Source: the human T2T-CHM13v2.0 reference genome, Homo sapiens. Taken from it: DNA of 64,000 nt. The notes below the pieces were generated by a model that was given only the letters and a program-made list of their open reading frames with translations, had not been told where the DNA came from and ran no database searches. Positions 1-16,665 of this stretch are shown piece by piece. A program made the position numbers and the translations under genes. Each line of letters begins with the position of its first letter. Positions within the stretch are counted from its first letter, which is position 1. Location: the NCBI RefSeq assembly GCF_009914755.1, contig NC_060927.1. One strand, written 5' to 3'.

Positions 1-1960
1 CAGAATGTGTACACCCCCGTGTCATTAACAGTACAATTGCCCTAGGATATTATGAAATAGAACACAGGGAGTACACGCCGTGTGACATTAGAAGTCACAT
101 CCCCCGAGGATATAACGAATAATATCAGAGAATGTACATGCACTGGGACATCAGGAGTCACATCTCTTTAGGATAATACGAACAATATCAAAGGGTGTAC
201 ACGCATTGTGAAATTAGTAGTGAACTCCCGCTGGGATATTACGAATTTTTTGACAGGGTCTCCACGCCCTGACACATTAGTAGTCACGTTTTCCGAGAAT
301 ATGACGAAGAATATTAAAGGGTGTACAGGACCTGTGATTTACGAGTAACATTTCTATAGAAGATTACACGTAATATCACTGTGTGTACACCCTGTGTGAC
401 GTTAGGAGTCACATCCCAGAAAACTATAATGAAAAATTTCACAAGGTGAGCAACATCTGTGACATTAAAAGCAACATTTCCCTAGAATATGACGATAATA
501 TCACAGAGTGTATACCCTCGGTGATATGAGGAGTGATATCTCACAAGGGTAATACGAGTAATTTGAAAAGGCATACAAACCCTGTGACATAAGGAGTGAC
601 ATCCCTCCAGGATATTCCGAATCATACCACAGGGAAAATACTCCGTGTGACAAAAAAATCAACCCCCCCTTAGGAGATTAAGAATCATAGCACAAGCTGT
701 ACACACACTGTGACATTATTATTAACGTCCCGCTAGGGTATTGCGAATAATATCAGAGTGTGTAGAGAATTGTGATATCAGGATTCACATTTCGCTACAA
801 TAACATGAATAATATCACAGGGTGTATACCCCCTGGAACTTAAACAGTGACACCTTCCTAGAATATGGAAAATAATGTCCCAGGGTGTTAACCAAGTGTG
901 GCAGTAGAGAAAACATACTAGGAGAAAGGGAGTAATATCACCCCCTCTCGCCACCTGGATATTACGAGCCACATCGCAGGGGGGAGAGAGCGCCCCCCGC
1001 GATGCGTGGAGTAATATCAACCGCCTCTCCCCCCCAGATATTACCATCCAAATCGCAGGGGGGCGAGGCGCCCCCCGCGATGCGGGGAGTAATATCACCT
1101 GCTTCTCCCCCGCGCCGGATATTACGATCCAAATCGCAGGGGGGCGAGGCTCCCCCCGCGAAGCTGGGAGTAAAAGCCAGCCCCTCTTGCCCGCCTGGCT
1201 CTTAGGACCCCCATCGCAGGGGGGCGAGGCGCCCCCCGCGATGCGGGGAGTAAGAGCCAGTCCCTCTTGCCCGCCTGGCTCTTAGGATCCGCGGTGGACT
1301 CACAGCCTGTTTATCATATTGTGAGTAATATCATCTCCCCCTCTGCAGATTATGAACTGTTTCACAGACCTGTGTACACCCTGGGTGTACAGAAGTTGTA
1401 CACCTGTCTGTATCGGGAGTCATATCATCCTCTTCCTGCCTGAATATTAGGAACAGTATCACTGGGGTGTTTCTACTCCCTGGGATATCGAGTGTCATGT
1501 CTTTCTCTCCCACGTTGCAATTGGAAACAATATCATTGGGGGCGAGTCCACCTTCTGTGATATTGAAAGTAATATTATCCTCTTCCTTCCAGGATCATGG
1601 GAAGGATATCCTTGGGGGTGTCCACTTTCCGCCATATATGTAGTCATATCACCCCCTCCGCCTTGGAATATTTTTAAGGACTATCTTACACGGGGGTGGA
1701 CACTTCCTGCGATGTTGGGAGTAATAGCATTCTCTTCTTCCGTGAATATTAGGAGCAAAATCACCGGGTGGTGGATGCACACCCAGTGCTATATTGGGAG
1801 TAACGTCATACTCCACCCCCTGGAGATTATATTCGGATCAATATCACCGGCTGTGTGTACACCTACTGCGATATTGAACTTAATATCATGCTCTCTCCCT
1901 CCCTGGACATTAGGAGCAATATCGCAGCTGGGTGTACACCCACTGAGGTATTACTGTGTA
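1..1960 (+). repeat. SATR1/SATR2-like satellite array, left part (~63-bp units at 1-900, GC-rich ~80-bp units at ~930-1290, ~75-bp units to ~1960)
   Basis: Recurring motif aatatcacagggtgtacacc...tgtgatatt(g)ggagtaatatcatcctctccc; atcgcagg recurs at 973, 1052, 1133, 1214. Confidence 0.85.
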
Positions 1961-2295
1961 ATATTTGTATGAATTATTCCTCATTTATTATTAACAGGAA
2001 TATGAATGACCGATATTAATATTATTATTAAGAAATAATTGCTAATAAAAAGTTTTCAGATTATTAATATTAATATGAATTATTAGGAGTTAATATTACT
2101 GTTTTCTAATGAATAAGATCATTATCAGTTATTAATATCAGGCGTCATTAATCATTAATATTAATCATGTATTGTTATCGTTAGTATAACTATTTAATAT
2201 CAGTTATTATTATCGGTATTGATTTTAAAAATTATATTATGGGTTATTAATATTTATAATTATTAGTGTCAATTAATAATTGAGATTATTAATTG
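1961..2295. repeat. AT-rich low-complexity tract between the satellite and the ERV
   Basis: Almost entirely tattaat/attatt-type sequence. Confidence 0.85.
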
Positions 2296-3369
2296 CCGTA
2301 AGTCGCCCTGCGCCATTACACCCCTCCCTCGGCAGCTCGTTTATGACCCTAAACGGGGACACAGATGCCCCTGAGAGAGCAGCGGTAGACTGGGATAGAT
2401 GAGGTTGGTCACGTGGTAGAGAGGCATGTTTTTGGGTACCAGCACTTCACCTGCGTCGACCTTCTCAACTGGAAAAACAATACACCGCCCTATACCGAAA
2501 AGCCACAAGCCCTAACTGATTTGCTCCAAGCTGTTATCCAGACCCACAACCCCACCTGGGCTGATTGGCGCCAGTTGCTCATGTTCCTCTTTAACAGCGA
2601 AGAAAGGCGGAGAGTCCTCCAAGCAGCAACTAAGTGGCTAGAGGAACATGCACCAGCTGATTATCAAAACCCCCAAGAGTATGGAAGGACCCAGTTGCCA
2701 GGAACCGACCCCCAGTTGGACCCACATGAAAGAGAGGAGATGCAAAGGCTAAACCGAGACAGGGAAGCTCTCTTGGAAGGATTAATGAGGGGAGCTCAGA
2801 AGGCCACAAATGTTAACAAGCTCTCTGAGGTCATTCAGGGAGAAGAAGAAAGTCCAGCACAATTCTACGAGAGACTGTGTGAGGCCTATCGTATGTATAC
2901 TCCCTTTGATCCTGATAGCCCTGAAATCAGCGCATGATTCACATGGCTTTAGTCCGTCAAAGCGCAGAAGACATGAGAAGAAAACTGCAGAAACAGGCTG
3001 GGCTTGCAGGGATGAATCCATCACAATTACCAGAAATAGCTAGCCAGGTGTTTGTAAACAAGGATACAGTAAGCCATAAGGAAAACGGCAAAGAGAATGG
3101 AGGTCAGGCCTGGCGACACGCCGACCTGTTTGTCAGCTGCAGCAATCAGAGGGGCCCCCCCAAAGAGGCAAGGGAAGGGGGGTCCTGGGAAAGAAACTCA
3201 GCTTGGCTGTCAGAGTTTGCAGTGTAACCAGTGTGCTCATTGTAAAGAAATAGGACAGTGGAAGAACAAATGCCCTCAGCTCAAAAGAAAACAAGGTGAC
3301 TCAGAGCAGGAGGCCCCGGACAAGGAGGAAGGGGCCCTGCTCAACCTGGCAGAAGGGTTCTTGGACTGA
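2296..3369 (+). pseudogene. gag: Defective ERV gag (p30 capsid + nucleocapsid), 5'-truncated and frameshifted
   Basis: ORFs 2413-2937, 2934-3227 and 3097-3369: DLLNWKNNTPPYTEKPQ, MHR-like VIQGEEESPAQFYERLCEAYRMYTP, degenerate knuckle CAHCKEIGQWKNKC; TGA at 3367-3369. Confidence 0.9.
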
Positions 3370-6300
3370 GGGAGACCCGGCTCAAGCGTACCCAAACAGC
3401 CTCTGCTCAGAATGACAGTTGGGGGTGGAGACATTGACTTTCTTGTAGATAGCGGTGCTGAACATTTGCTAGTAACCGCCCCGGTCGCCCCCTTATCCAA
3501 AAAGACTATTGATGTCATCGGAGCCACAGGGGTTTCAGCAAAGCAAGCTTTCTGCTTGCCTCGGACTTGTACTGTAGGAGGACATAAAGTCATTCATCAG
3601 TTTTGGTACATGCCTGACTGTCCCTTGACCTTTTTGGGAAGGGACTTGCTCAGCAAGCTGAGAGCCACTATGTGTTTGACAGACCACGGCTCTTTGCTGC
3701 TAAAGTTACCCGGAACAGGAGTCATTATGACCCTTATGGTCCCCGGAGATGAGGAATGGAGAGTTTTCTTAACTGAGCCAGGCCAAGAGAGAAGACCAGC
3801 TCTGGCTAAGCGGTGGCCAAGAGTACGGGCAGAAGAGAACCCTCCGGGATTGGCCAGTTAAGACTGGGGCCCAGCCGGTGAGGCGAAAACAGGACCTGGT
3901 CCCCAGAGAAGCCCTTCAAGGTATCCAGGTGCGTCTCAAGCACCTAAGAACTTTTGGAATTATTGTTCCTTGTCAGTCTCCATGGAACACTCCCCTCCTG
4001 CCTGTTCCCAAGCCACGGACCAAGGACTACCGGCCGGTACAGGATTTGCGCTTGCTCCATCAAGCTACACTGACTTTACATCCAACAGTACCTAACCCGT
4101 CCACATTATTGGTGTTGCCACCAGCTGAAGACAGCTGGTTCACCTTCTGGAACCTGAAAGACGCTTTCTTTCCTATCAGATTAGCCCCTGAGAGGCAGAA
4201 GCTGTTTGCCTTTCAGTGGGAAGATCCGGAGTCAGGTGTCACTACTCAGTACACTTGGACCGGGCTTCCCCAAGGGTTCAAGAACTCCCTCACCATCTTC
4301 AGGGAGGCGTTGGCTCGAGACCCCCAGAAGTTTCCCACCAGAGACCTAGGCTGCGTGTTGCTCCAGTATGTTGATGACCTTCTGCTGGGACACCCCACGG
4401 CAGTCGGGTGTGCCAAGGGAACAGATGCCCTACACCGGCACCTGGAGGACTGTGGGTAGAAGGTGTGCAAGAAGAAAGCTCAGATCTGCCGATGGCAGGT
4501 AAGTTACTTGGGATTGACTATCCAACAGGGGTCGGAACACAGCCCAGGATCAGAAAGAAAGCAGGTCATTTGCCATCTAGCTGAGCCTAAGAGCAGAAAG
4601 CAGGTGAGAGAATTCTTAGGAGCTGTGGGGTTTTGTAGACTGTGGATCCCAAACTTTGCAGTATTAGCTAAGCCTTTGTATGAGGTCACCAAGGGGGCGG
4701 GGACCGGGAACCTTTGGAATGTGGATCCCAACAACAGCAACTCTTTCATGAGTTAAAGGAAAAACTTCTGGCAGCCCCAGCCCTGGGGCTACCTGATCTG
4801 ACAAAGCCTTTTCCATTGTATGCATCAGAGAGAGAAAAGATGGCAGCTGGACTTTGAACCCAAACTGTGGGGCCCTGGCTGAGGCCGGTGACCTACCTCT
4901 CTAAACAACTAGACGGGGTTTCTAAAGGATGGCCCCCCTGTTTGAGGGCCTTGGCAGCAACTGCCCTGCCACTACAAGAAGCAAATAAGCTGACTCTTGG
5001 GCAAAACCTGAACATAAAGGCCTCCCGTGCTGTGGTGACTTTAATGAATACTAAAGGACACAATTGGCTAATGAATGTCAGACTCACCAAGTACCAAACT
5101 GCTCTGCGAAAATCCCTGTATAACCATTGAAGTTTGCAACACCCTACACCCCGCCTCCTTGCTCCCGGTATCAGAGAGCCCTGTCGAGCCTGATTGTGTA
5201 GAAGTGTTGGATTCAGTTGACTCTAGCAGACCTGACCTCCGGGACCAAGCTTGGGCATCAGTAGACTGGGAACTATACGTGTATGGGAGCAGCTTCTTCA
5301 ACCCCCAAGGAGAGAGAGGTGCAGGGTATGCAGTGATAACTCTGGACCCTGTTGTTGAAGCCAGATCGTTGCCCCAGACCACTTCAGCCCAGAAGGCTGA
5401 ACTCATTGCTTTCATTCGGGCCTTAGAACTCAGTGAGTGTGAGACTGTCAATACTTACACTGATTCTCGGTATGTCTTTTCAACTCTTCAAGTGCATGGA
5501 GCATGATAGAAAAGGGCCTACTGAACTCTGGGGGAAAAGACAGAAAATATCAACAAGAAATCTTGCAATGATGAGAAGCAGTATTGAAACCCCACAAGGT
5601 GGCAGTTATGCATTGCAGAGGACACCAGAGAGCTTCCATCTTGCTGGGTTTGGGGAATTCCCACTCTGACTCAGAGGTTCGAAAAGCAGCATGTGCCCCC
5701 TTCTGGGCATCAGTGTTCCCTCAAGCACCTGATCTTGGACCTACTTCTTCTAAAGAAGAAAAGGACTTTCTCCAGGTAGAGGGAAGGACAAGTGATGGAG
5801 GAAGGATGGATTCGGTTACCAGATGGGAGACTAGCTGTGCCACAGCTGCTAGGAGCTGCAGTTGTACTGGCTGTGCAAGAAACCACCCATTGAGGTCAGG
5901 AGTCACTGGAAATTTGTTAGGCTGGTATTTCTACATCTCGCCTCTGTCAGCCCTTGCCATAACGGTGAGGCAGAGGTGTGTTACCTGCTGACAGCATGAT
6001 GCGAGGCAAGGTCCAGCCGTTCCGCCCGGCATATGAGCTTAGGGAGCAGCCCTCTTTGAAGGTCTCCAGGTGGACTTCACAGAGGTGCCAATGTTTGGAG
6101 GTAACAAGTATGTACTAGTTCTTGGGCGTACCTACTCTGGGTGGGTGGAGGCCTATCCAACACGAACTGAGAAAACTCGTGAAGTAACCACTGTGCTTCT
6201 TTGAGATGTGATTCCTAGATTTCGACCGCCCTTACGGATCGGCTCAGACAACGGGCCTGCGTTTTTGGCTGCCTTGGTACAGAAGACGGCAAAGATATTG

Positions 6301-6385
6301 GGGATCACACGGAAACTGCATGCCGCCTCCCGGCCTCAGAGTTCTGGAAAGGTGGAGCGGATGAATCTGACTATCAAAAATAGTA
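3370..6385 (+). pseudogene. pol: Defective ERV pro-pol (protease, RT, RNase H, integrase core) with many stops and frameshifts
   Basis: FLVDSGA (protease), LPQGFKNS and YVDD at 4367-4378 (RT), SAQKAELIA and YTDSRY (RNase H), GSDNGPAF and [11 protein letters not shown] (integrase). Confidence 0.92.
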
Positions 6386-8890
6386 CTGTTGTCTTCCCCG
6401 CTGGATATTTAAAACAACACCACAAGGGGCGTCAAACCACCTGCTAAATTTGAGGGAATGTTATCCTCTCCCCACCACCCCCGGCCCCGGATATTAGAGA
6501 CAATAACACAAGGGTGATGTACACCCACTGCTTTATTGGGAGTAATATCATCCTCTGCCTTCTTGGATATTAGGAACAATGTCACACTGTGCGTGTATGC
6601 CTGTCGCGAAATTCAATGGAATGTCATCCTGCGCCTCCCTGGATATGACGAACAATATCACGGGGGATGTAAAACTTCTGAGATATTGGGAGTGATATCA
6701 TCCTCTCCCCTCTGGAAGTTAGGGACAATATCACAGGGGTAGTGTACACCCTCTGGGATGTTGGGACTAATATCATCCTCCCGCCCACTGATATTAAAAA
6801 CCATATCACAAGGGGCGTGTACACACACTTCGATATTGGTATGAATACCATCCTCTCCCTCTTTGGATATTCGGTGCCATATTTCTGGTGGGGTATACAC
6901 CACCTGCAATATTGGAGGTAATATGATTTTCTCCCCTCCTGGATATCACAAACAATATCACAGGGGGTTGTGAACAAACCCTGCGATATTTGGAGTAATA
7001 TCATCGTCTCCCCTCACAATTATTAAGAACAATATAGTAGGGGTGGGGGATGTACACCCCCTTTCATATTTTTTATCATCCTCTTCTCCCCTGGATATTA
7101 GGTACAATATCAGGAAGGGATGTACAGACCCTGAGACCTTTGCTGTCATAGAATTGTCTCTCCCGTAGATATTAGGAAAAAATGTCACTGGGGATGTGAA
7201 CAGCCCTGCGATATTGAGAGTAGTATCATCCTCTGCCCCCTTGCATATTGGGAACAACATCACAGGTGGGGTGTACTGCCTCTGTGATATTGGGAGTGAA
7301 ATTTTCCTCTCTTCCCCTGGACATTAGGAAGAGTATCAGAGGGGGTGGGTGTACATTCCCTGCGATATTCAACGTAACCTTATCCTCTCCCTCCCAGGGT
7401 ATTCAGAACAATATTACAGGAGGGGTGTACACCCTCTGCGATATTGAGAGTCATGTCATCCTCTTTCGCTCTGGATATTAGGAACAATATCACAGGGTTG
7501 TGTACACTCCCTGCGATATTGGGAGTCATATCATCCTCTCTCCCTGTGGATATTAGGAAGAGTATCACAGGGCTGTGTAAACCCCCTGCGGTACTGGGAG
7601 TAATATCATCCTCTCTCCCTCTGGATATAAGGAAGATTTTCACAGGGGTGTGTACACCCCCTGCGATATTGGGAGTGAGATCACCCTGTCCACCCAGGAA
7701 ATGACTAACATGGTCACGGGGAAGTGTACTCCCCCTGCGATATTGGGAGTAATGTCGTCCTCCCCAAACCTGGATGTTAGCAACGAGATCACAGAGGGGG
7801 TGTACACACCCTGCGACATTGGAAGTAATATGATCCTCTCCCCACCTGGATACTGGGAAAGATATCACAGCGCGGGTATACGTTTCCTACCCTGTTGGGA
7901 GTAATATCATTCTTTTCCTTTCTGGATATTAGGAAGAATATCACAGGGGTGCTGCACGATTACTTCGATATTGGGAGTAATATCATCCTCTATTTTCCTG
8001 GATATTGGGCACAAAAACACAAAAGGGTGTACAACCCCTTCGATATTGGGAGTAATAGCATACTCTCCTTCCGTGGATTTTAGAAAACAATATCATCAGG
8101 GCTGAACACCCCCTGCGATAATGGGAGTCATGGTTACTCTTTCACAGGCCATTTGGAATAATATCACAGGGGGTGTTTACAAATAGGGGTGGTGTACACC
8201 TCCTGTGATATTGGGAGTAACATCATTCTCTCCACCTCCGGATATTAAGAACAATATCCCGGCGGGAGGTGGTACACCCCCAGTGATATTGCAAATAATG
8301 TCATCCTCTCCTTCCCTGGATATTAGGAACAATATCACAGGGGGTTGTACACCTTCTGTGATATTGGAAGCAATATCATCCTCTCCCCCGCTGGATATTA
8401 GGAAAAAAAATCACCCACGGTGTACACCCACTGTGATATGAGGAGTAATATCTTCCCAGGGTATTATGTATAATTTCACAGTCTGTACACACATGGTGTA
8501 CACTCACTGTGATATTAGGAGTAATATCTACCTAGTAGATAACAAGTAACTTCGCAGGGTGTACACCCACTTTGATATTAGCTGTAATATTTTTCTAAGT
8601 TGTTACAAATATGATCACAGGGTGTACCAACATGGTGTACACACACTGTGATATCAGGAGTCGTATCTCTGTAATATATTATGAATAATATCACAGGGTG
8701 TACACCCACTGTATTATTAGAAGTAATATCTCTGTAGGATATTACAATTAAGATCACAGGGTGTAGAGCCACGGTGATATTAGGAGCAATATCTTTCTAG
8801 GATATTACAAATAATATCACAGGGTGTACGCCCACTCTACTCTCAGGAGCAATATCTCCCTAGGATATCAAAAATCCTATCACAGGGTGT
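6386..8890 (+). repeat. SATR1/SATR2-like satellite array, right part (~75-bp units to ~8400, then ~63-bp units)
   Basis: Unit starts at 7515, 7590, 7665 (75 bp); tcacagggtgt at 8691, 8754, 8817, 8880 (63 bp); same orientation as the left array. Confidence 0.88.
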
Positions 8891-8894
8891 GCAA

Positions 8895-9087
8895 TCTCTG
8901 CCTTCCAGGTTCTAAGGGATTCTCCTGCTTCAGCCTCCCGAGTAGCTAGGATTACCCGCTACCACGCCAGGCTAGACGGGATTTCACCACGTTGGCCAGG
9001 CTGGTCTGGAACTCCTGACCTCAGGTGATCCATCAGCCTCGGCCACCCAAAGTGCTGGGATTACAGGTGTGAGCCATGGTGCTGGGC
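8895..9087 (-). mobile_element. Truncated, internally deleted Alu at the satellite boundary
   Basis: ctcctgacctcaggtgatcc...caaagtgctgggattacagg. Confidence 0.85.
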
Positions 9088-9723
9088 CAAGAGTTCTAGA
9101 TTCTATTCATTTGGAAACACAGCTCCCATCTTTGAGTGTGCATGTACTTTTATGAAGAAATGATGTCAGAAAACCGAAGGATGATAATAAATATGAAAAG
9201 TAACAGGCATGTGAAAAGGTCTTCCGATTGAGAATTATAAGGTTCGATTTCGTTTTCACATAATGGGGTACTACCTCTTGAGTCGTCCTTTTACATATTC
9301 TACATCAATGGAAGTTGTAGCACCGTGTCAGAATAAAGTAGAGTGTATTTCACGGTTTCTTAATTTCTTTCAATTAGACTGAGATCTTTTTCTTAAAGAG
9401 AGAAGGACATTGTCATTGCATTGTATTTTTTCTGAAAAGAGTAGGCCATATTTTACTGAGATCACGGATTTGTTATATATGACGTTTCGGTCTTCTAATA
9501 TTCTCCAGTGGATTTTCTCTAAAGTAGTGTGTACAGAAAGCCTTGTATAGCAAAAAAGTAAATCATGTAATAATTCTGAGATTTTTGGAATTGTCACAGC
9601 TGAGAAACATTGCTGGCGGTGTATGGTCCGCAAGTGTCAAGATGTTCCTTGTGAATTGCTTGCATCCAGCATTAAGGGCTGGTTTTTATCTTTTATTTTT
9701 CCAATCCTCTTTCCTTCTCAAGG

Positions 9724-10728
9724 TGTCCAAGACACACAGAGCCACGGAATCTCACAGGTGTCTGAGAATTCCTCCTCCTGGGACTCTCAGAGGATCCAGA
9801 ACTGCAGCCGGTCCTCGCTTTGCTGTCCCTGTCCCTGTCCATGTATCTGGTCACAGTGCTGAGGAACCTGCTCAGCATCCCGGCTGTCAGCTCTGACTCC
9901 CACCTCCACACCCCCACGTACTTCTTCCTCTCCATCCTGTGCTGGGCTGACATCGGTTTCACCTCGGCCACGGTTCCCAAGATGATTGTGGACATGCAGT
10001 GGTATAGCAGAGTCATCTCTCATGCGGGCTGCCTGACACAGATGTCTTTCTTGGTCCTTTTTGCATGTATAGAAGGCATGCTCCTGACTGTAATGGCCTA
10101 TGACTGCTTTGTAGGCATCTGTCGCCCTCTGCACTACCCAGTCATCGTGAATCCTCATCTCTGTGTCTTCTTTGTTTTGGTGTCCTTTTTCCTTAGCCTG
10201 TTGGATTCCCAGCTGCACAGTTGGATTGTGTTACAATTCACCATCATCAAGAATGAGGAAATCTCTAATTTTGTCTGTGACCCCTCTCAACTTCTCAAAC
10301 TTGCCTCTTATGACAGCGTCATCAATAGCATATTCATATATTTCGATAGTACAATGTTTGGTTTTCTTCCTATTTCAGGGATCCTTTCATCTTACTCTAA
10401 AATTGTCCCCTCCATTCTAAGGATGTCATCGTCAGATGGGAAGTATAAAACTTTCTCCACCTATGGCTCTCACCTAGCATTTGTTTGCTGATTTTATGGA
10501 ACAGGCATTGACATGTACCTGGCTTCAGCTATGTCACCAACCCCCAGGAATGGTGTGGTGGCGTCAGTGATGTAAGCTGTGGTCACCCCCATGCTGAACC
10601 TTTTCATCTACAGCCTGAGAAACAGGGACATACAAAGTGCCCTGCGGAGGCTGCGCAGCAGAACAGTCGAATCTCATGATCTGTTCCATCCTTTTTCTGG
10701 TGTGGGTGAGAAAGGGCAACCACATTGA
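9724..10728 (+). pseudogene. OR7E: Olfactory receptor family 7 subfamily E pseudogene
   Basis: One frame with OR motifs NLTGV*EFLLLGLSEDPELQ, SHLHTPTYFFLS, MAYDCF (from MAYDRF), PLHYPVIVNP, KYKTFSTYGSHL, VTPMLNLFIYSLRNRD; in-frame stops at 9763, 10489 and 10573; no start ATG; specific paralogue not determinable. Confidence 0.93.
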
Positions 10729-11492
10729 ATCTCTACATCTGCAAATCCTGCCCCTTAGTCACATTATTTTTGTGGCTTGATGGCTTTTATTCCTTTCCGC
10801 ATTTCCTTTGTGAATATTGCTTTCTTCGTTATGCCTTTAACTGGAATGGGTGAGGATTCTGGGATCCTTTGTTTAGCAGAAACCTCATGACAGAATCCTC
10901 TCTACCTAGGCGGCCTCTTTTAGTTTCTGAGCAATAACCCTGTCATCCAGGTGGAATCACTACCATCTTTTTATATACACGAAGTCCTCACTTCGTTTTG
11001 GAATTCCCTGAAAACTGACTTTATGGAAACAATGTACAGGAGGTCCTCCAACAGTATTGGTTGTTCACAGTTGTGTAGTTATACTGTTGATGAAAAATAA
11101 GCGGTTTCACTATACATAATTTTGCTTCAAGTTGAAGTTTCCAAGAGACTTTCAAAGATGTTAAGTGAGGACATACTGTACATCAAATTCATATCCTCTT
11201 CCACAGTTCATGTGGAATTACTTTACAAACTGCTTCTAGAGAATCTATTTAGGCAGGTTATGTGTAGAGATCCATGTCGCCGTTCCTCAATCTTGGCTTT
11301 GAGTCAAATCACCTGGGGAGCTTACACATGATGAGGCCTGGGTCTCAATACCTGAGATTCTGATTTCCTTGAACCTGTGTGAGTATGCGGATTTTTTTTT
11401 TTTCTTTTAAAGCCCCAGAGGTGGTTCCAATGACGAAGTTTTTAGAGGCATGAAGCTCCAATGAGTAAGAATAGAAATTAATTGTTATATGA

Positions 11493-11933
<441 letters not shown>

Positions 11934-11984
11934 TAGATTTATACACACATTGATTCCTGCTTTGTTATACACTTGCATATACAT

Positions 11985-15159
<3,175 letters not shown>

Positions 15160-15637
15160 TTACAATTTTTAATATTTATACGTGGTATATTTTCCCATAA
15201 TAAAAGATGAAAATTAAAGCAGTTGGATGTTTAAAAAGAAAAGAAAGAAGCGAAGAATACACACCAGCTTTCTCCTGATTAGAGGGAGAGCCCCAATGCT
15301 TCTGTGGACGCTCACTTTTCTCTTCTTCTTGCAATATTATGAGGAAATCCTTAGAGGTTGGGGAACTTGGGCGACTTAGGCTAATGAGGAGCTCTGTTCC
15401 TTGAGCCCCCAGGCCACAGAATAGTAAATACTCCGTCTGTGCCTCCAGCCCTGCAGTGTGAGGTTGCAGTCCTGTGGGCTCCACTCCCGTCACCTGTATC
15501 GGGGGCTCATCTCTCACCCTGTCTTCTTGCCAGCCTTGAGGACAGAGTCTGAGCCTCCATGGTGCACCAAGCAGGTAGGACAGTGGACCTGTTCTCCGTG
15601 GTCATGTCCCAGCAGAGAGTAGGGGCAGTTCAGCGAG

Positions 15638-16665
15638 TGTAGGCAAAAGAAAGAGAGATCAGACTCTTACTGTGTCTATGTAGAAAGGAAAGACATAAGA
15701 GACTCCATTTTGAAAAAGACCTGTACTTTCAACAATTGCTTTGCTGAGATGTTGTTAATCTGTAGCTTTGCCCCAGTCACTTTGAACCAACCACTTTGAC
15801 CCAACATGAAGCTCACAAAAGCATGTGTTGTATGAAATCAAGGTTTAAGGGATCTAGGGGTGCAGGACATGCCTTGTTAACAAGATGTTTCCAAGCAGTA
15901 GACTTGGTAAAAGTCATCGCCATTCTCTAGTCTCAATAAACCAGCGGCACAATGCACTGTGGAAAGCCACAGGGAGCCCTGCTCTTGAAAGCAGAGTATT
16001 GTCCAAGGTTTCTCCCCATGTGATAGTCTGAAAAGTGGCCTCTTGGGAGGAGAATGACCTGAGCGTCCCCCAGCCCGACCCCCGTAAAGGGTCTGTGCTG
16101 AGGTGGATTAGTCAAAGAGGAAAGCCTCTTGCAGTTGAGACAGAGGAAGGCCGCTGTCTCCTGTCTGCCCCTGGGAACTGAATGTCTTGGTATAAAACCC
16201 GATTGTACATTTGTTCAATTCTGAGATGGGGGAAAAACCGCCCTATGGTGAGAGGCGAGACATGTTTGCAGCAATGTTGCCTTGTTATTCTTTACTCCAC
16301 TGAGATGTTTGGGTGGAGAGAAACATAAATCTGGCTTACGTACATGTCCAGTCATAGTACCTTCCCTTGAACTTCCTTATGACAAAGATTCTATTGCTTA
16401 CATGTTCTTTGCTGACCTTCTCCTTATTATCAGCCTGCCCTCCTGCTACATTCCTTTTTGCTAAAATAATAAAAATAATAATCAATAAAAACTGAGGGAA
16501 CTCAGAGGCCTGTGCTGATGCAGGTCCTTGGTATGCTGAGTGCTGGTCACCTAGGTCCACTGTTGTTTCTCCATACTTTGTCTCTCTGTCTTATTTCTTT
16601 TCTCGGTCTCTCGTCCCACCCGACTAGAAATACCCACAGGTGTGGAGAGGCAGGCCACCCCTTCA
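15638..16665 (+). mobile_element. Solo HERV-K(HML-2) LTR, LTR5A-like
   Basis: TG...CA termini (tgtaggcaaaagaaagagagatcagact...ggccaccccttca), 1028 bp, TATAAAA at 16191, AATAAA at 16484, 6-bp TSD agcgag/agtgag. Confidence 0.92.

Larger units (their letters stand above)
2296..6385 (+). mobile_element. Truncated HERV-E-like (class I gammaretroviral) gag-pro-pol fragment without LTRs or env
   Basis: Capsid, Zn-knuckle, protease, RT, RNase H and integrase remnants in order; both ends abut satellite or AT-rich DNA rather than LTRs. Confidence 0.88.

Noticed and set aside
6536-8772. Repetitive ORFs (ILGVISSS... / DDITPNIAG...)
   Set aside because: Translations of the satellite unit
1-8890. Palindromic repeats at regular spacing next to an RT/integrase, resembling a CRISPR array or retron-like system
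   Set aside because: The intervening sequences are homologous to each other rather than unique spacers, there are no cas genes, the RT is a defective gammaretroviral one, and the DNA is primate
9820-10491. 223-aa ORF as a functional olfactory receptor
   Set aside because: No N-terminal ATG, three in-frame stops, lacks TM6-7, and MAYDRF is mutated
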